From Eubacteriales bacterium (GTDB lineage Bacteria > Bacillota > Clostridia > Oscillospirales > CAG-272): a stretch of DNA of 64,000 nt. Every line of letters starts with the position of its first letter. The stretch's first letter is position 1. A model generated the notes under the pieces. The model saw nothing but the letters and a program-made list of their open reading frames with translations. It did no database searches and was not told where the DNA came from. The stretch is from positions 28,998 through 92,997 of the forward strand of contig JAZOVF010000003.1 in the NCBI GenBank assembly GCA_045658565.1. The letters are read 5' to 3'. Position numbers and translations under genes: made by a program. Shown piece by piece: positions 37,631 to 47,437 of the stretch.

Positions 37631-38072
37631 TTACACCTCCTTCTGATTACTTTTTTGCGGTAATCTATCTGTTTTAAATCATTATAAATTTGATACGACC
37701 GTCACAGGGGAAGTCTTACGCATACATGCGCCGACAATCATACATATACATTATATAACATTATTTACCTAAAGTCAAGGATTTTTTTACTGCACCAATC
37801 CTCTATTGCTTTTTTAAACAATTTTCCCTGTTAAATGTAATTGTTTATTTACATATATCGGCGATTTTTTAAATATGATTGCTGTTTTAATTCGCTTATT
37901 CTTTCAGATAGCTCGACATTTAACAAAATTAAAAAAATACTGCACGCAATGTCTGACAAAGGCATTTGATAACAAAAGTTACTTCCTTAATAATATGTAC
38001 TTCCGCTCTTAGTGAATTCAAGTGGCGGTTTTTGGCTACAATATACTAAAAAGAAGCGAAATTAGGTTTGTT

Positions 38073-38099
38073 TTAGCACTTAAACAGCAAGTCAGCTAA
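38073..38099 (+). promoter_or_regulatory. Degenerate CIRCE-like inverted repeat (upstream copy)
   Basis: TTAGCACTT-N9-GTCAGCTAA compared with the consensus TTAGCACTC-N9-GAGTGCTAA. The left arm has 1 mismatch and the right arm has 3. Confidence 0.4.
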
Positions 38100-38138
38100 A
38101 TGTTAACAAAAAATTCATAAAAAACAACCTTAAAACTC

Positions 38139-38167
38139 TTGACATATTTGAGAAAAAGCGATATATT
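38139..38167 (+). promoter_or_regulatory. Sigma-A-type promoter of the hrcA-grpE-dnaK-dnaJ operon
   Basis: TTGACA (38139-38144), a 17-bp spacer, then TATATT (38162-38167), immediately upstream of the CIRCE operator. Confidence 0.65.
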
Positions 38168-38180
38168 ATATATGCAAGCA

Positions 38181-38207
38181 TTAGCACTCACGCACTCCAA
38201 GTGCTAA
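38181..38207 (+). promoter_or_regulatory. CIRCE operator (HrcA binding site)
   Basis: TTAGCACTC-N9-AAGTGCTAA, with one mismatch to the consensus. It lies between the -10 element and the hrcA start. Confidence 0.9.
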
Positions 38208-38232
38208 ATCTGCTAAAAGGGGGTACAAAAGA

Positions 38233-39300
38233 TTGGATGACTCGCGACTGACTCCGCGAAAAATGCAAATACTCAAAGCCATAGTTGACGCTCACATCGC
38301 CGGCGGCGAGCCTGTCGGTTCCAAATACCTTTCACAGGATGTAAGAATTTCCTGCTCCCCTGCAACCATTCGTAACGAGATGGCAGAGCTTGAGGATATG
38401 GGATACCTTATTCAGCCGCACACATCTGCGGGCCGAGTTCCCTCGGAGCTGGGATATAAATATTACGTAAACTCGCTGGTGGCTCAGTATGCATCTACAA
38501 AGTCCGAAATTGACGAGATAAATCAGATGCTCCGCTACAAGCTCACCGAAATGGATGAAATAATGGCTGAGGTTTCGCGCCTTGCAGCATCCTTTACCGA
38601 TTACACAGGTATCGCCTTTAAATCAGGAATGGGAAAGGTGAGAGTAACTCAGTTTAAGAGTGTTCTTCTTAACCCAAAGGACTTTCTTCTTATTATGTCC
38701 TTTGAGGGAGATATAGTTAAAACCAAAACAATACATCTCTCCTTTGCTTTAAGCGAGGATGTTCTACGCCGATTTACCGAGGCGCTGAATATGTATCTTA
38801 TAAATCTGACAAGCGATGCGATAACAATGCCTATAATTGTTAAGCTGGAGGCTCTTATGGGCTCGGCGGGAGCTATGGTGCATCCTGTTATCAAGGTCAT
38901 TTACGAGACCATGAGCGAGCTTGACTCGGCTGATGTTAAGCTTGACGGTGTTACAAATCTTTTGCAGTACCCCGAGTATTCAGACGTTTCGGATTTCAGA
39001 GACCTGCTCGGTGTTCTTGAGGAAAAAGAAAAGCTTATGGACGTTATCTCCACCAGAGCTACCGGAAGCGATGACATCCATGTTTATATCGGTACAGACA
39101 ACGAGACCGACGCTATGAAAAACACAACGCTTATCTTCAAGAATGTTACAATTGGCGGAAAGACGCTGTCCGTTGGCGTTATCGGACCCAAGAGAATGAA
39201 TTACTCAAAGGTTATCGATATGTTAAACAAGCTGACGGGCGGACTAGACAGAATATTTACCGAGGACACCCTGCCCCCGGGATATGACGAAAGAGATTGA
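38233..39300 (+). CDS. hrcA: Heat-inducible transcription repressor HrcA
   Basis: 355 aa. The N-terminal winged helix is LTPRKMQILKAIVDAHIAGGEPVGSKYL. It is the first gene of the dnaK operon. The TTG start follows GGGGG. Confidence 0.92.
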   Translation: MDDSRLTPRKMQILKAIVDAHIAGGEPVGSKYLSQDVRISCSPATIRNEMAELEDMGYLIQPHTSAGRVPSELGYKYYVNSLVAQYASTKSEIDEINQMLRYKLTEMDEIMAEVSRLAASFTDYTGIAFKSGMGKVRVTQFKSVLLNPKDFLLIMSFEGDIVKTKTIHLSFALSEDVLRRFTEALNMYLINLTSDAITMPIIVKLEALMGSAGAMVHPVIKVIYETMSELDSADVKLDGVTNLLQYPEYSDVSDFRDLLGVLEEKEKLMDVISTRATGSDDIHVYIGTDNETDAMKNTTLIFKNVTIGGKTLSVGVIGPKRMNYSKVIDMLNKLTGGLDRIFTEDTLPPGYDERD

Positions 39301-39317
39301 GAGGACTTTAGGTTATA

Positions 39318-39827
39318 ATGAAAAAAGACATGGAAACACCCGAAACAGAAAACAAGACCGAAACCCCCGAGGTTACAGTAGAGTCACTTACCGCAGAGGT
39401 TGAGGCTCTTAAGGCTGAAATTGCAGAGCTTAATGACAAGCATATTAGAATGGCGGCTGAGTACGATAACTTCAGACGTCGCTCCAGAGAGGAAAAGGAT
39501 GCTATATACGAAACAGCCCTTACCGATACGGTAGGCGAGCTTCTTCCTATCATAGACAACCTTGAGCGCGCCGCTCTCTATGACGACGGCGAAAAGGTTA
39601 AGGAAGGTCTTGTCATGACCGCAAAATCTGCCATAGCAGTATTCGGCAAGCTTGGTGTTGAGGACTTTGGCAAGGCGGGCGAAACATTTGACCCCAATAT
39701 GCACAACGCTGTTCTTCACGTTGATGACGAAAGCTTTGGCGAAGGTGAAATAGTTGAGGTTTTGCAAAAGGGTTACAAGCGCGGAAAACGCATAATCCGC
39801 TTTGCAATGGTTAAAAGTGCAAATTAA
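39318..39827 (+). CDS. grpE: Nucleotide exchange factor GrpE
   Basis: 169 aa, with the coiled-coil R(M)AAEYDNFRRR motif and a C-terminal GYKRGKRIIRFAMV-type beta domain. Confidence 0.95.
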   Translation: MKKDMETPETENKTETPEVTVESLTAEVEALKAEIAELNDKHIRMAAEYDNFRRRSREEKDAIYETALTDTVGELLPIIDNLERAALYDDGEKVKEGLVMTAKSAIAVFGKLGVEDFGKAGETFDPNMHNAVLHVDDESFGEGEIVEVLQKGYKRGKRIIRFAMVKSAN

Positions 39828-39884
39828 GGTTTACAAAAACTTGATTTATAAATAAACATCTATATATTTGGAGGAAAAATTATT

Positions 39885-41714
39885 ATGGGAAAAATTATTG
39901 GAATTGACCTTGGTACTACCAACTCCTGCGTTGCAGTTTTTGAGGGTGGAGAGCCTATCGTTATTACTAACCCCGAGGGAGCAAGGACAACACCTTCTGT
40001 TGTCGCTTTTGCAAAGACAGGCGAAAGACTTGTTGGTCAGGTTGCTAAGCGTCAGGCTGTTACCAACCCCGACAAGACCGTTAGCTCTATTAAGAGAGAT
40101 ATGGGATCTGACAAGAAGGTTTCTATCGATGATAAGAGCTACACCCCTCAGGAAATATCCGCTATGATTCTTCAGAAGCTGAAGGCGGACGCTGAGGCTT
40201 ATCTCGGAACTACTGTTACCGATGCGGTTATCACAGTTCCCGCATACTTTACCGATGCTCAGCGTCAGGCAACCAAGGATGCAGGCAGAATTGCAGGCCT
40301 TGAGGTTAAGAGAATTATCAACGAGCCTACCGCCGCTGCTCTTGCATACGGTATGGATAAAGAAGATTCTCAGAAAATTATGGTATTTGACCTTGGCGGC
40401 GGTACCTTCGACGTATCTCTTCTCGACATTTCTGACGGAGTATTTGAGGTTCTTGCAACAGCAGGTAACAACCGTCTTGGCGGTGACGACTTTGATGACA
40501 GAGTAGTTAACTGGATGGCAGAGACCTTTGCTAAAGAGAACGGCGGCATTGATTTAAGAAAAGACAAGATGGCAGCACAGCGTCTTAAGGATGCTGCAGA
40601 GAAGGCAAAGATCGAGCTTTCGGGCGTTATGTCCTCTAACATTTCTCTTCCCTTCATCACCGCTGATGCAACAGGCCCCAAGCACTTCGAGGCTACTCTT
40701 ACAAGAGCTAAGTTCGACGAGCTTACAAGCGACCTTGTTGACGCAACAATGATCCCCACAAAGAAGGTTCTTACCGACTCGGGTGTTTCGGCATCTCAGG
40801 TTTCTAAGGTTCTTCTTGTTGGTGGTTCTACCAGAATTCCCGCAGTTCAGGAAGCTGTTAAGAAGTTTATGGGCAAGGAGCCATTCAAGGGCATCAACCC
40901 CGACGAGTGCGTTGCTATCGGCGCGGCTATTCAGGGCGGTGTTCTTGGCGGCGACGTAAAGGACGTTCTTCTTCTTGACGTTACTCCCCTTTCTCTCGGT
41001 ATCGAGACTCTTGGCGGTGTATTCAACAAGATTATTGAAAGAAACACCACAATTCCCGTAAAGAAGAGCCAGGTTTACTCTACCGCTGCTGACGGACAGA
41101 CCTCTGTTGAAATTCACGTTCTTCAGGGTGAGAGAGAAATGGCAGCTGGAAACGCAACTCTCGGTAGATTTATTCTTGACGGTATTCCCGCAGCTCCCCG
41201 TGGAGTTCCCCAGATTGAGGTTACCTTTGATATCGACGCTAACGGTATCGTAAATGTTACCGCTCAGGACAAGGGCACAGGTAAGGAACAGCACATCACC
41301 ATTACATCCTCTACCAACATGTCCAAGGAGGATATTGAAAAGGCTGTTCACGAGGCAGAGAAGTTTGCTGAAGAGGACAAGAAGCAGAAGGAGGCTGTTG
41401 AGGTTAAGAACCAGGCCGAGAATGCTATCTTCCAGACCGAAAAGGCAATGGCTGACCTTGGCGACAAGATTACCGACAGTGACAAGGCTCCCGTAAACGA
41501 TGCTATCGCAAAGCTTAAGGAGACTATAAACGGTGGCAACACCGATGCAATCAAGGCTGACACCGACGCTCTCCAGAAGGCCTTCTACCCCATTGCAGAG
41601 AAGATCTACAAGGAGCAGGCAGCTCAGGGTAACGCAGGCGGCACCGATGGTGGAGCAGCAGGCAGCGACGGCAACTACTACGATGCCGGCTTTGAGGATA
41701 AAACAAACGGCTAA
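39885..41714 (+). CDS. dnaK: Molecular chaperone DnaK (Hsp70)
   Basis: 609 aa, with [23 protein letters not shown] and [14 protein letters not shown] signatures. Confidence 0.98.
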   Translation: MGKIIGIDLGTTNSCVAVFEGGEPIVITNPEGARTTPSVVAFAKTGERLVGQVAKRQAVTNPDKTVSSIKRDMGSDKKVSIDDKSYTPQEISAMILQKLKADAEAYLGTTVTDAVITVPAYFTDAQRQATKDAGRIAGLEVKRIINEPTAAALAYGMDKEDSQKIMVFDLGGGTFDVSLLDISDGVFEVLATAGNNRLGGDDFDDRVVNWMAETFAKENGGIDLRKDKMAAQRLKDAAEKAKIELSGVMSSNISLPFITADATGPKHFEATLTRAKFDELTSDLVDATMIPTKKVLTDSGVSASQVSKVLLVGGSTRIPAVQEAVKKFMGKEPFKGINPDECVAIGAAIQGGVLGGDVKDVLLLDVTPLSLGIETLGGVFNKIIERNTTIPVKKSQVYSTAADGQTSVEIHVLQGEREMAAGNATLGRFILDGIPAAPRGVPQIEVTFDIDANGIVNVTAQDKGTGKEQHITITSSTNMSKEDIEKAVHEAEKFAEEDKKQKEAVEVKNQAENAIFQTEKAMADLGDKITDSDKAPVNDAIAKLKETINGGNTDAIKADTDALQKAFYPIAEKIYKEQAAQGNAGGTDGGAAGSDGNYYDAGFEDKTNG

Positions 41715-41726
41715 TCGATACAAAAA

Positions 41727-41757
41727 TGTAGGGCGGCTCCTTCGGGGTTGCCCTACA
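41727..41757 (+). terminator. Stem-loop between dnaK and dnaJ (attenuator or processing site; no T-run)
   Basis: TGTAGGGC (41727-41734) pairs with GCCCTACA (41750-41757), with inner CC/GG pairs around a TTCG loop. It is not followed by a U-tract. Confidence 0.4.
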
Positions 41758-41830
41758 GCCAAGATATATGCAAACATATATTTACGTTTCTCTCTTTTAA
41801 ATCAAATCAAAACAACAAAAGGTTTTTACT

Positions 41831-42970
41831 ATGGCAGAAAACAAAAGAGATTATTACGAAGTCCTCGGTGTGCAGAAGTCTGCCGGTGAGGATGAAATAA
41901 AAAAAGCCTACCGTTCACTTGCCAAGAAGTACCACCCGGATATGAACCCCGGCGACAAGGATGCTGAGGTTAAATTCAAGGAGGTCAACGAGGCTTATGC
42001 AGTCCTTTCCGACTCCGAAAAGCGCGCAAAGTATGACCAGTTCGGCCATGCGGCTTTTGACCCATCTGCAGGCGGCGGATTCGGAGGATTTAGCGGGTTT
42101 GGCGGTGGAGATTTTGACTTTGGCGACATATTCTCTTCCTTCTTCGGTGGCGGCGGCAGCTCCTCGCGTTCACGTCAGAATATGCCTATCGACGGTGATG
42201 ACATTGGCGCAAGAGTTGCTATAAGCTTTGACGAGGCAGCCTTTGGAACAAAAAAAGAAATCAGCTTTGCCAGGGTTGAAAATTGCCCCGACTGTTCAGG
42301 AAAGGGCGCAAAGAGCGAAGGCGATATCGAAACCTGCTCCGAGTGTCGAGGCACAGGCCGAGTTATGGTTAAACAACAAACAATTCTCGGATACATGCAG
42401 ACCCAGCGCACATGCCAGAGCTGCCGCGGAGCCGGAAAAATTATTAAAAACCCCTGCTCAAACTGTAACGGCAAGGGCCGCATAAAGATAAACAAAAAGC
42501 TCGAGGTCAACATTCCCGCAGGAATTGACGACAGGCAGAATATAGTTCTAAGAGGCCAAGGCTCCGCAGGTGTAAGAGGCGGAGTTAACGGTGACCTTAT
42601 TATCGAGGTAAGGGTCAAAGAGGACAAGATTTTCGAGCGCAACGGAAACAACATTTACTGCGAAGTGCCTATATCCTTTGCAGAGGCGGCGCTTGGCGCT
42701 GATATTGATGTTCCCGTTCTCGGAGGAGGAACCGAAAAATATAAAATCCCCGAGGGAACTCAATCGGGTACATCATTTACTCTTAGAGGCAAAGGAATTT
42801 CGGACATAAATACAAAGCGCCCCGGCGACCTTATTATAACAGTTGCCGTTGAGACGCCTAAAAATCTGAATGCTGAGCAAAAAAAGCTCCTTTCCGATTT
42901 TGCTGCAGCTCTTGGCGAAAACAACGGAGCAAAAAGACAAAGCTTCTTTAAAAAGCTTTTTAACAAATAA
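41831..42970 (+). CDS. dnaJ: Molecular chaperone DnaJ
   Basis: 379 aa, with a J-domain HPD motif (KYHPDMNP), a G/F-rich linker and four CxxCxGxG zinc-finger repeats. Confidence 0.97.
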   Translation: MAENKRDYYEVLGVQKSAGEDEIKKAYRSLAKKYHPDMNPGDKDAEVKFKEVNEAYAVLSDSEKRAKYDQFGHAAFDPSAGGGFGGFSGFGGGDFDFGDIFSSFFGGGGSSSRSRQNMPIDGDDIGARVAISFDEAAFGTKKEISFARVENCPDCSGKGAKSEGDIETCSECRGTGRVMVKQQTILGYMQTQRTCQSCRGAGKIIKNPCSNCNGKGRIKINKKLEVNIPAGIDDRQNIVLRGQGSAGVRGGVNGDLIIEVRVKEDKIFERNGNNIYCEVPISFAEAALGADIDVPVLGGGTEKYKIPEGTQSGTSFTLRGKGISDINTKRPGDLIITVAVETPKNLNAEQKKLLSDFAAALGENNGAKRQSFFKKLFNK

Positions 42971-42983
42971 TTTATATAAAAAG

Positions 42984-43024
42984 ACAGCGCAATACCGATA
43001 AAAAAGGTACTACGCTGTTTTTTT
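42984..43024. terminator. Terminator shared by convergent dnaJ and the GH88 gene
   Basis: ACAGCG (42985-42990) pairs with CGCTGT (43013-43018), followed by T7. An A-rich tract lies upstream. Confidence 0.6.
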
Positions 43025-43025
43025 A

Positions 43026-44408
43026 TTACCAGGGTCTTATAAAATCTTTCTTTAAAAATCTTGTAAGAGCCTCAAGATAAAAGTAGTCTGCATAGGGTGC
43101 ACATTCCTCTATGGCAAGATTTTGAGGCTTGCCGTGAGTTACGCTGTGAATAAGGCCGTCATATTCCACACCGATATCAGTTGTGCATTTATCAATAAGA
43201 GCTTCCATTATCTGCGCGGCCGCGCTCTCATAAACCGTGCGCTGAGGAGAGCCATCGGGCAGCATAGATGCCATATCAAGCATACCGCAAACAGCTATCG
43301 CCGCCGCCGAGCTGTCACGAGGCTCATCACCCGAGGTGAATGTATAATCCCAATAAGGAATAAGGTCATCAGGTAGATGATTTAACATATAGTATGCAAC
43401 ATCACGCTGAGCATTACGGATCACCGAATCCTTAGCGTAAGAATAGGCTATCGAGAAGCCGTAAATACCCCACGAGTGACCTCTGGACCAGCAGGATTCA
43501 TCCTCATATCCTTGCCAGGTCAATCCGTAAAGAGGCTTTGATGTTTCCATATCAAACTGGTAGTGGTGATAAGTAGAGCCGTCTTCACGGACTATAAGAC
43601 GTACGCTTGTAAGGTTGTGGTTGTAGCCTGCCAGGGTGTAATTTTCGTTATCAAACTCCTTGCCCGCCCACAAGAAAAGACTTGCATTCATAAGCGAGTC
43701 TATCATAGTTCGATAGCCCCCCGGTGCGTTCCATTTATGTGAGCGGATAATAAATTTACCCTCCCGGCTGTACCCGGTGCTGTAATAATATGCAACAGCC
43801 CTTTGAGCTGCAGTTTTTGCCGATTCAAGTCCTAAAACCTTGTATGCGCCGACGCATGAGGGCATAAAAGCAAATCCCACATCGTGGTCATCCATGCCAA
43901 CCTTTTTTTCTTCGCGCTCAATAAAGCTTCCCACATGGGTTGTTACAACATCCTTAAACCAGTTGTCCCCCGTCAGCTGATAAGCCATAAGATATGAGCC
44001 GGTGTACATTCCGCACACCCAATTGTTGTTTGCACTATCGGTATACTTATAATCGACAGAAGATGTGCCGACAAAGCCTGTTCCGTGCTTTGTTCCAAAG
44101 GCCTTAAGCTTTTCGGTTGCTGCCGCAGCCGCCCCCTCAAGTTTTGCGCGGTCAATTGTATAAGCCGCTTTAAACCTTTCGGGAACATCTATCGCAGCGA
44201 GCTCAGCCTGATATTGCTCGGGGTCATAAAGGTCAACACCTCCATCACTTACGACACCATCTTCTCCGCTGCCTCCGTCCGGTATTTCCTCATTATTCTC
44301 ATCATCTTCATCCGGTGCAAAAAAGTCAACCACGCTGTCACACGAGGTCAACATAACAGAAAAACAAATAACAACCATCAAGACAAGTGCTAATAATTTC
44401 TCTTTCAT
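43026..44408 (-). CDS. Glycoside hydrolase family 88 lipoprotein (unsaturated glucuronyl/galacturonyl hydrolase-like)
   Basis: 460 aa with a lipobox (MLTSC). The GH88-like motifs are DDHDVGF, IVREDGSTYHHYQFD, QGYEDESCWSRGHSWGIYG and LPDDLIPYWDY. Confidence 0.75.
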   Translation of the reverse strand: MKEKLLALVLMVVICFSVMLTSCDSVVDFFAPDEDDENNEEIPDGGSGEDGVVSDGGVDLYDPEQYQAELAAIDVPERFKAAYTIDRAKLEGAAAAATEKLKAFGTKHGTGFVGTSSVDYKYTDSANNNWVCGMYTGSYLMAYQLTGDNWFKDVVTTHVGSFIEREEKKVGMDDHDVGFAFMPSCVGAYKVLGLESAKTAAQRAVAYYYSTGYSREGKFIIRSHKWNAPGGYRTMIDSLMNASLFLWAGKEFDNENYTLAGYNHNLTSVRLIVREDGSTYHHYQFDMETSKPLYGLTWQGYEDESCWSRGHSWGIYGFSIAYSYAKDSVIRNAQRDVAYYMLNHLPDDLIPYWDYTFTSGDEPRDSSAAAIAVCGMLDMASMLPDGSPQRTVYESAAAQIMEALIDKCTTDIGVEYDGLIHSVTHGKPQNLAIEECAPYADYFYLEALTRFLKKDFIRPW

Positions 44409-44450
44409 AACAATACCTTTCCATAAATTATAAATTTTTACTTAATATTT

Positions 44451-45092
44451 TTATGAACCGTATTTTGTAATTCCAATTTCGGCAAGGTGCCCATCTACCG
44501 AAAATCGGCCCATTGTAAATTTTCCGTTCTCGAAATAAGCCTCGGAATAGGACGCGTTAGAGGGAAAACCGAGCTTTGATGCAACCTCCTCGGGCGGAAT
44601 ATCAAGCACTCTAGCAAAAAATGAACGCAAAACTGCCGCATGGGAGGCTATCAAAACCGTTTTATCCGAATGTACAGATGCAATTCTTAAACACTCATCA
44701 TAAAACCTCTGCCCTGCCTCGACAGTGCTCTCACCCGACGGGCAACGAAATGTTCCGAAATTGCCAAGCCATTCCTTTGAATACATCTCTCCATAGCGAG
44801 AAACAACCTCTTCAACGCTCTTCCCTTCCCACTCTCCAAGAAATAATTCTCGGAGTTTTTCGGACTTTATCACCTCAATGCCGCGAATATCAGCATGAGG
44901 CACAGCTGTATTATACGCTCTCAAAAGATCGCTTGAATAAATGTAATCAATTTTTTCTTTTGCAAGAATATCAGACGTAGCTTTCGCCTGCTTGTATCCC
45001 AGCTCGGATAAATCAAGATCTGTGTGTCCCAGCAGAACTCTGAGAGCATTACCTATGCTCTCTCCATGACGTATAAATATAAATTTAGTCAT
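44451..45092 (-). CDS. Histidine phosphatase family protein (phosphoglycerate mutase-like), copy 1
   Basis: 213 aa from ATG 45092 (GGGGG RBS). It has the catalytic RHGES motif and a downstream SHAAVLR motif. Confidence 0.85.
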   Translation of the reverse strand: MTKFIFIRHGESIGNALRVLLGHTDLDLSELGYKQAKATSDILAKEKIDYIYSSDLLRAYNTAVPHADIRGIEVIKSEKLRELFLGEWEGKSVEEVVSRYGEMYSKEWLGNFGTFRCPSGESTVEAGQRFYDECLRIASVHSDKTVLIASHAAVLRSFFARVLDIPPEEVASKLGFPSNASYSEAYFENGKFTMGRFSVDGHLAEIGITKYGS

Positions 45093-45154
45093 ATACCCCC
45101 ACAATTGCACGTTTTTGTAAACAAATATTTTCGTTTTAACAATTTTCTTGAAAT

Positions 45155-45814
45155 TTAGATTCTCGACTTGCTATAATCAACAAAGCCAACTTTATTTAGA
45201 TGCTCATTTTCCGAGTAGCTGATTGGAGCAAATTTCTCACCGTCAAAAACCACCCTGCTAACAGATGCATTAGACGAGAAAGGAACTCTATCCCCAAGCA
45301 CGGCTCTTGGAATGCCGTTAATAATCCCCCAAAAAGAACGTATAACGGCTGCGTGTGTAGCAACAAGAACTCTCTTACCCGGGTTGTCTTTGGCAATTTT
45401 TAGAACGCAATTATAAAACCTCTGTCCTGCCGCCTCTGTAGATTCACCGTCGGGAAAAGAATACACCCCAAAGGCAGAAGTAAAATACAACCCGAAATCA
45501 ACATCATATTTTTCTACAATCTCACTAAAAGCTATTCCCTCAAAGTCACCGGTAGAAATTTCTCTCAAATCTTTCAAAACTTCAAAAATAGGTATTCCTG
45601 ATTTTTCAGAAAAAACAGCTGCTGTTTGATAAGCTCTTGATAAATCACTTGAATAAATAACATCTATATTCTGAGTAAGAAGAAAGTCAGCAGCCGCTTC
45701 TGCCTGTAACAACCCCTTTTCAGTTAACGGAATATCAATCTGCCCAGCCATAATTTTATCTATGTTACCACGGCTCTCACCATGCCTCAACAGTAATATC
45801 TCGGTGCTAATCAC
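45155..45814 (-). CDS. Histidine phosphatase family protein (phosphoglycerate mutase-like), copy 2
   Basis: It has RHGESRGN and THAAVIR motifs. I prefer the GTG start at 45814 with AGAGGGGG upstream. The track ORF extends to 45892. Confidence 0.8.
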   Translation of the reverse strand: MISTEILLLRHGESRGNIDKIMAGQIDIPLTEKGLLQAEAAADFLLTQNIDVIYSSDLSRAYQTAAVFSEKSGIPIFEVLKDLREISTGDFEGIAFSEIVEKYDVDFGLYFTSAFGVYSFPDGESTEAAGQRFYNCVLKIAKDNPGKRVLVATHAAVIRSFWGIINGIPRAVLGDRVPFSSNASVSRVVFDGEKFAPISYSENEHLNKVGFVDYSKSRI

Positions 45815-46373
45815 TCTCCAACCCCCTCTTTGCTTTTTAATTATATTATACACTAAATTTAAAAACAATGCAAGAGGTTTATTATCATACAAAGTTACTC
45901 TCTTTCGTACTTTTTACGAATGTAAGCCAAATTAATTATTATTATATATAAAATTGTTGAAAAACGCAGATTCCCTCTAAAACACCTCTGCCCTATTCAG
46001 TATATTGATTACGTAATTATATTTGAAAATTGTATTTTATTCATAAAACTTTAATTATGCTAATAAAAAAAGATAAAAAGCACAATTTAATAATATTATC
46101 ACATGCCAACTTGAATATATTCAATTTTGAATACAAACAAATGGTACTATACATGAACTAATATGCTAAAGCAAAAAAATAAAGTGTTATACAGGCTAAT
46201 TTATAATAAGACATTTAAATATATGGATAATATTTATTGTTTTATATCTATTACGTTATTTATTATTAAATAATATTATATAATCAGATAATACCAGTAT
46301 AAATTTATTAAAATTATATTAAACTACGCTATAAAGGTGTTTACTAACACACAAATATAATAAACCACCAAAA

Positions 46374-46389
46374 TGTTTCACGTGAAACA
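46374..46389. promoter_or_regulatory. parS centromere-like site 1
   Basis: TGTTTCACGTGAAACA is a perfect 16-bp palindrome matching the Firmicute parS consensus TGTTNCACGTGAAACA. Confidence 0.9.
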
Positions 46390-46425
46390 ACAGTTTCTAA
46401 AACCACAAAGAACAAATTAAGCCAA

Positions 46426-46441
46426 TGTTTCACGTGAAACA
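46426..46441. promoter_or_regulatory. parS centromere-like site 2
   Basis: TGTTTCACGTGAAACA, a perfect palindrome. Confidence 0.9.
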
Positions 46442-46476
46442 AATCAATTGCCCAGTTTCGAGAACTCAAAGTCAAC

Positions 46477-46492
46477 GGTTTCACGTGAAACA
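46477..46492. promoter_or_regulatory. parS centromere-like site 3
   Basis: GGTTTCACGTGAAACA, with one mismatch at position 1. Confidence 0.85.
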
Positions 46493-46527
46493 ATCATAAA
46501 AACTGCCAAAAAAGAACTATTTCTCGA

Positions 46528-46543
46528 TGTTTCACGTGAAACA
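46528..46543. promoter_or_regulatory. parS centromere-like site 4
   Basis: TGTTTCACGTGAAACA, perfect. The palindrome extends to 18 bp (ATGTTTCACGTGAAACAT). Confidence 0.9.
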
Positions 46544-46605
46544 TTGATTGTTTGACAGCAAAAGTAAACAAATTGTCAAATATATAGTCAGATACAGGTT
46601 TACTA

Positions 46606-46634
46606 TTGACATTTAGTATAAAATATAGTATAAT
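46606..46634 (+). promoter_or_regulatory. Consensus sigma-A promoter of parA-parB
   Basis: TTGACA (46606-46611), a 17-bp spacer, then TATAAT (46629-46634), about 40 nt upstream of the parA ATG. Confidence 0.7.
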
Positions 46635-46675
46635 TGATGTGTGGAAATTAAAAAACAACAAAAAACGGAGATAAT

Positions 46676-47437
46676 ATGGCAAAGGTAGTATCATTTTCAA
46701 ACCAGAAGGGCGGGGTAGGTAAAACAACCTCCTGCGTTAACATTGCCGCTCAAATTGCTAAAAAAGGCAAAAGGGTGCTTATGATAGATATGGATCCGCA
46801 GGGAAACGCAACAAGCGGACTCGGAATATCAAAAGCAAAGATAAAGAAAACTACATATGACGTAATAATAGGCAGATGCGATATAAAAGAGGCGATAATT
46901 GTATCTAATTTCAAGAATTTATCTGTTGTTCCCGCAACCATAGACCTCGCCGGCGCAGAATTTGAGCTTCATGACCTTGACGAGAACCTTAATTTCACTC
47001 AAATTGCGCTCGATTCTATAAAAGAGGACTACGATTACATATTTATCGACTGCCCACCTTCACTTGGAATGCTTACAGTTAAGGCTTTATCTATATCCGA
47101 CGGTGTTGTTATACCCATGCAATGTGAGTTTTACTCTCTCGAAGGTATGTCCCAGCTTCTTAATACTGTAAAAAAGATAAGGTCTTTATACAACCCCTCT
47201 CTTCAGATAGTGGGAATTTTGCTTACAATGTATAACGGCAGACTTACTTTGACAGGTCAGGTCGTTGCCGAGCTTAAAAAATATTATGCGGACAAGCTCT
47301 TTAAGGTTCCGATTTCAAGAACTGTACGTATATCAGAAGCTCCAGGCTACGGAGAGCCAATCTGTTACCACGACCCTTATGGTAAAGGCTCTCTTGAATA
47401 TGCTGCAGTTGCCAAAGAGCTGATGATGAGGATTTAA
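46676..47437 (+). CDS. parA: Chromosome partitioning ATPase ParA/Soj
   Basis: 253 aa with the deviant Walker A NQKGGVGKTT and a ParA pattern throughout. Confidence 0.93.
   Translation: MAKVVSFSNQKGGVGKTTSCVNIAAQIAKKGKRVLMIDMDPQGNATSGLGISKAKIKKTTYDVIIGRCDIKEAIIVSNFKNLSVVPATIDLAGAEFELHDLDENLNFTQIALDSIKEDYDYIFIDCPPSLGMLTVKALSISDGVVIPMQCEFYSLEGMSQLLNTVKKIRSLYNPSLQIVGILLTMYNGRLTLTGQVVAELKKYYADKLFKVPISRTVRISEAPGYGEPICYHDPYGKGSLEYAAVAKELMMRI

Noticed and set aside
40554-41777. A 407-aa ORF antisense to dnaK
   Set aside because: It lies wholly inside and opposite a highly conserved gene. Its product is low-complexity (Leu/Ser/Val/Cys/Asn-rich) and it has no RBS. Long stop-free antisense frames are a known by-product of hsp70 codon usage.
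45893-46373. The AT-rich spacer as the true oriC
   Set aside because: I found only one near-consensus DnaA box (TATGGATAA at 46224), and the spacer is not adjacent to dnaA. I kept it as a low-interest finding rather than a feature.
46374-46543. The regular 16-bp palindromic repeats with about 35-bp spacers could be mistaken for a mini CRISPR array
   Set aside because: The repeat is the canonical parS sequence and is too short for a CRISPR repeat. There are only four copies and no cas genes or leader. The array sits directly upstream of parAB.
46494-46727. A 77-aa minus-strand ORF across parS site 4, the parA promoter and the parA start
   Set aside because: It overlaps regulatory DNA and the 5' end of parA. 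Its product is hydrophobic and low-complexity, and nothing supports it.
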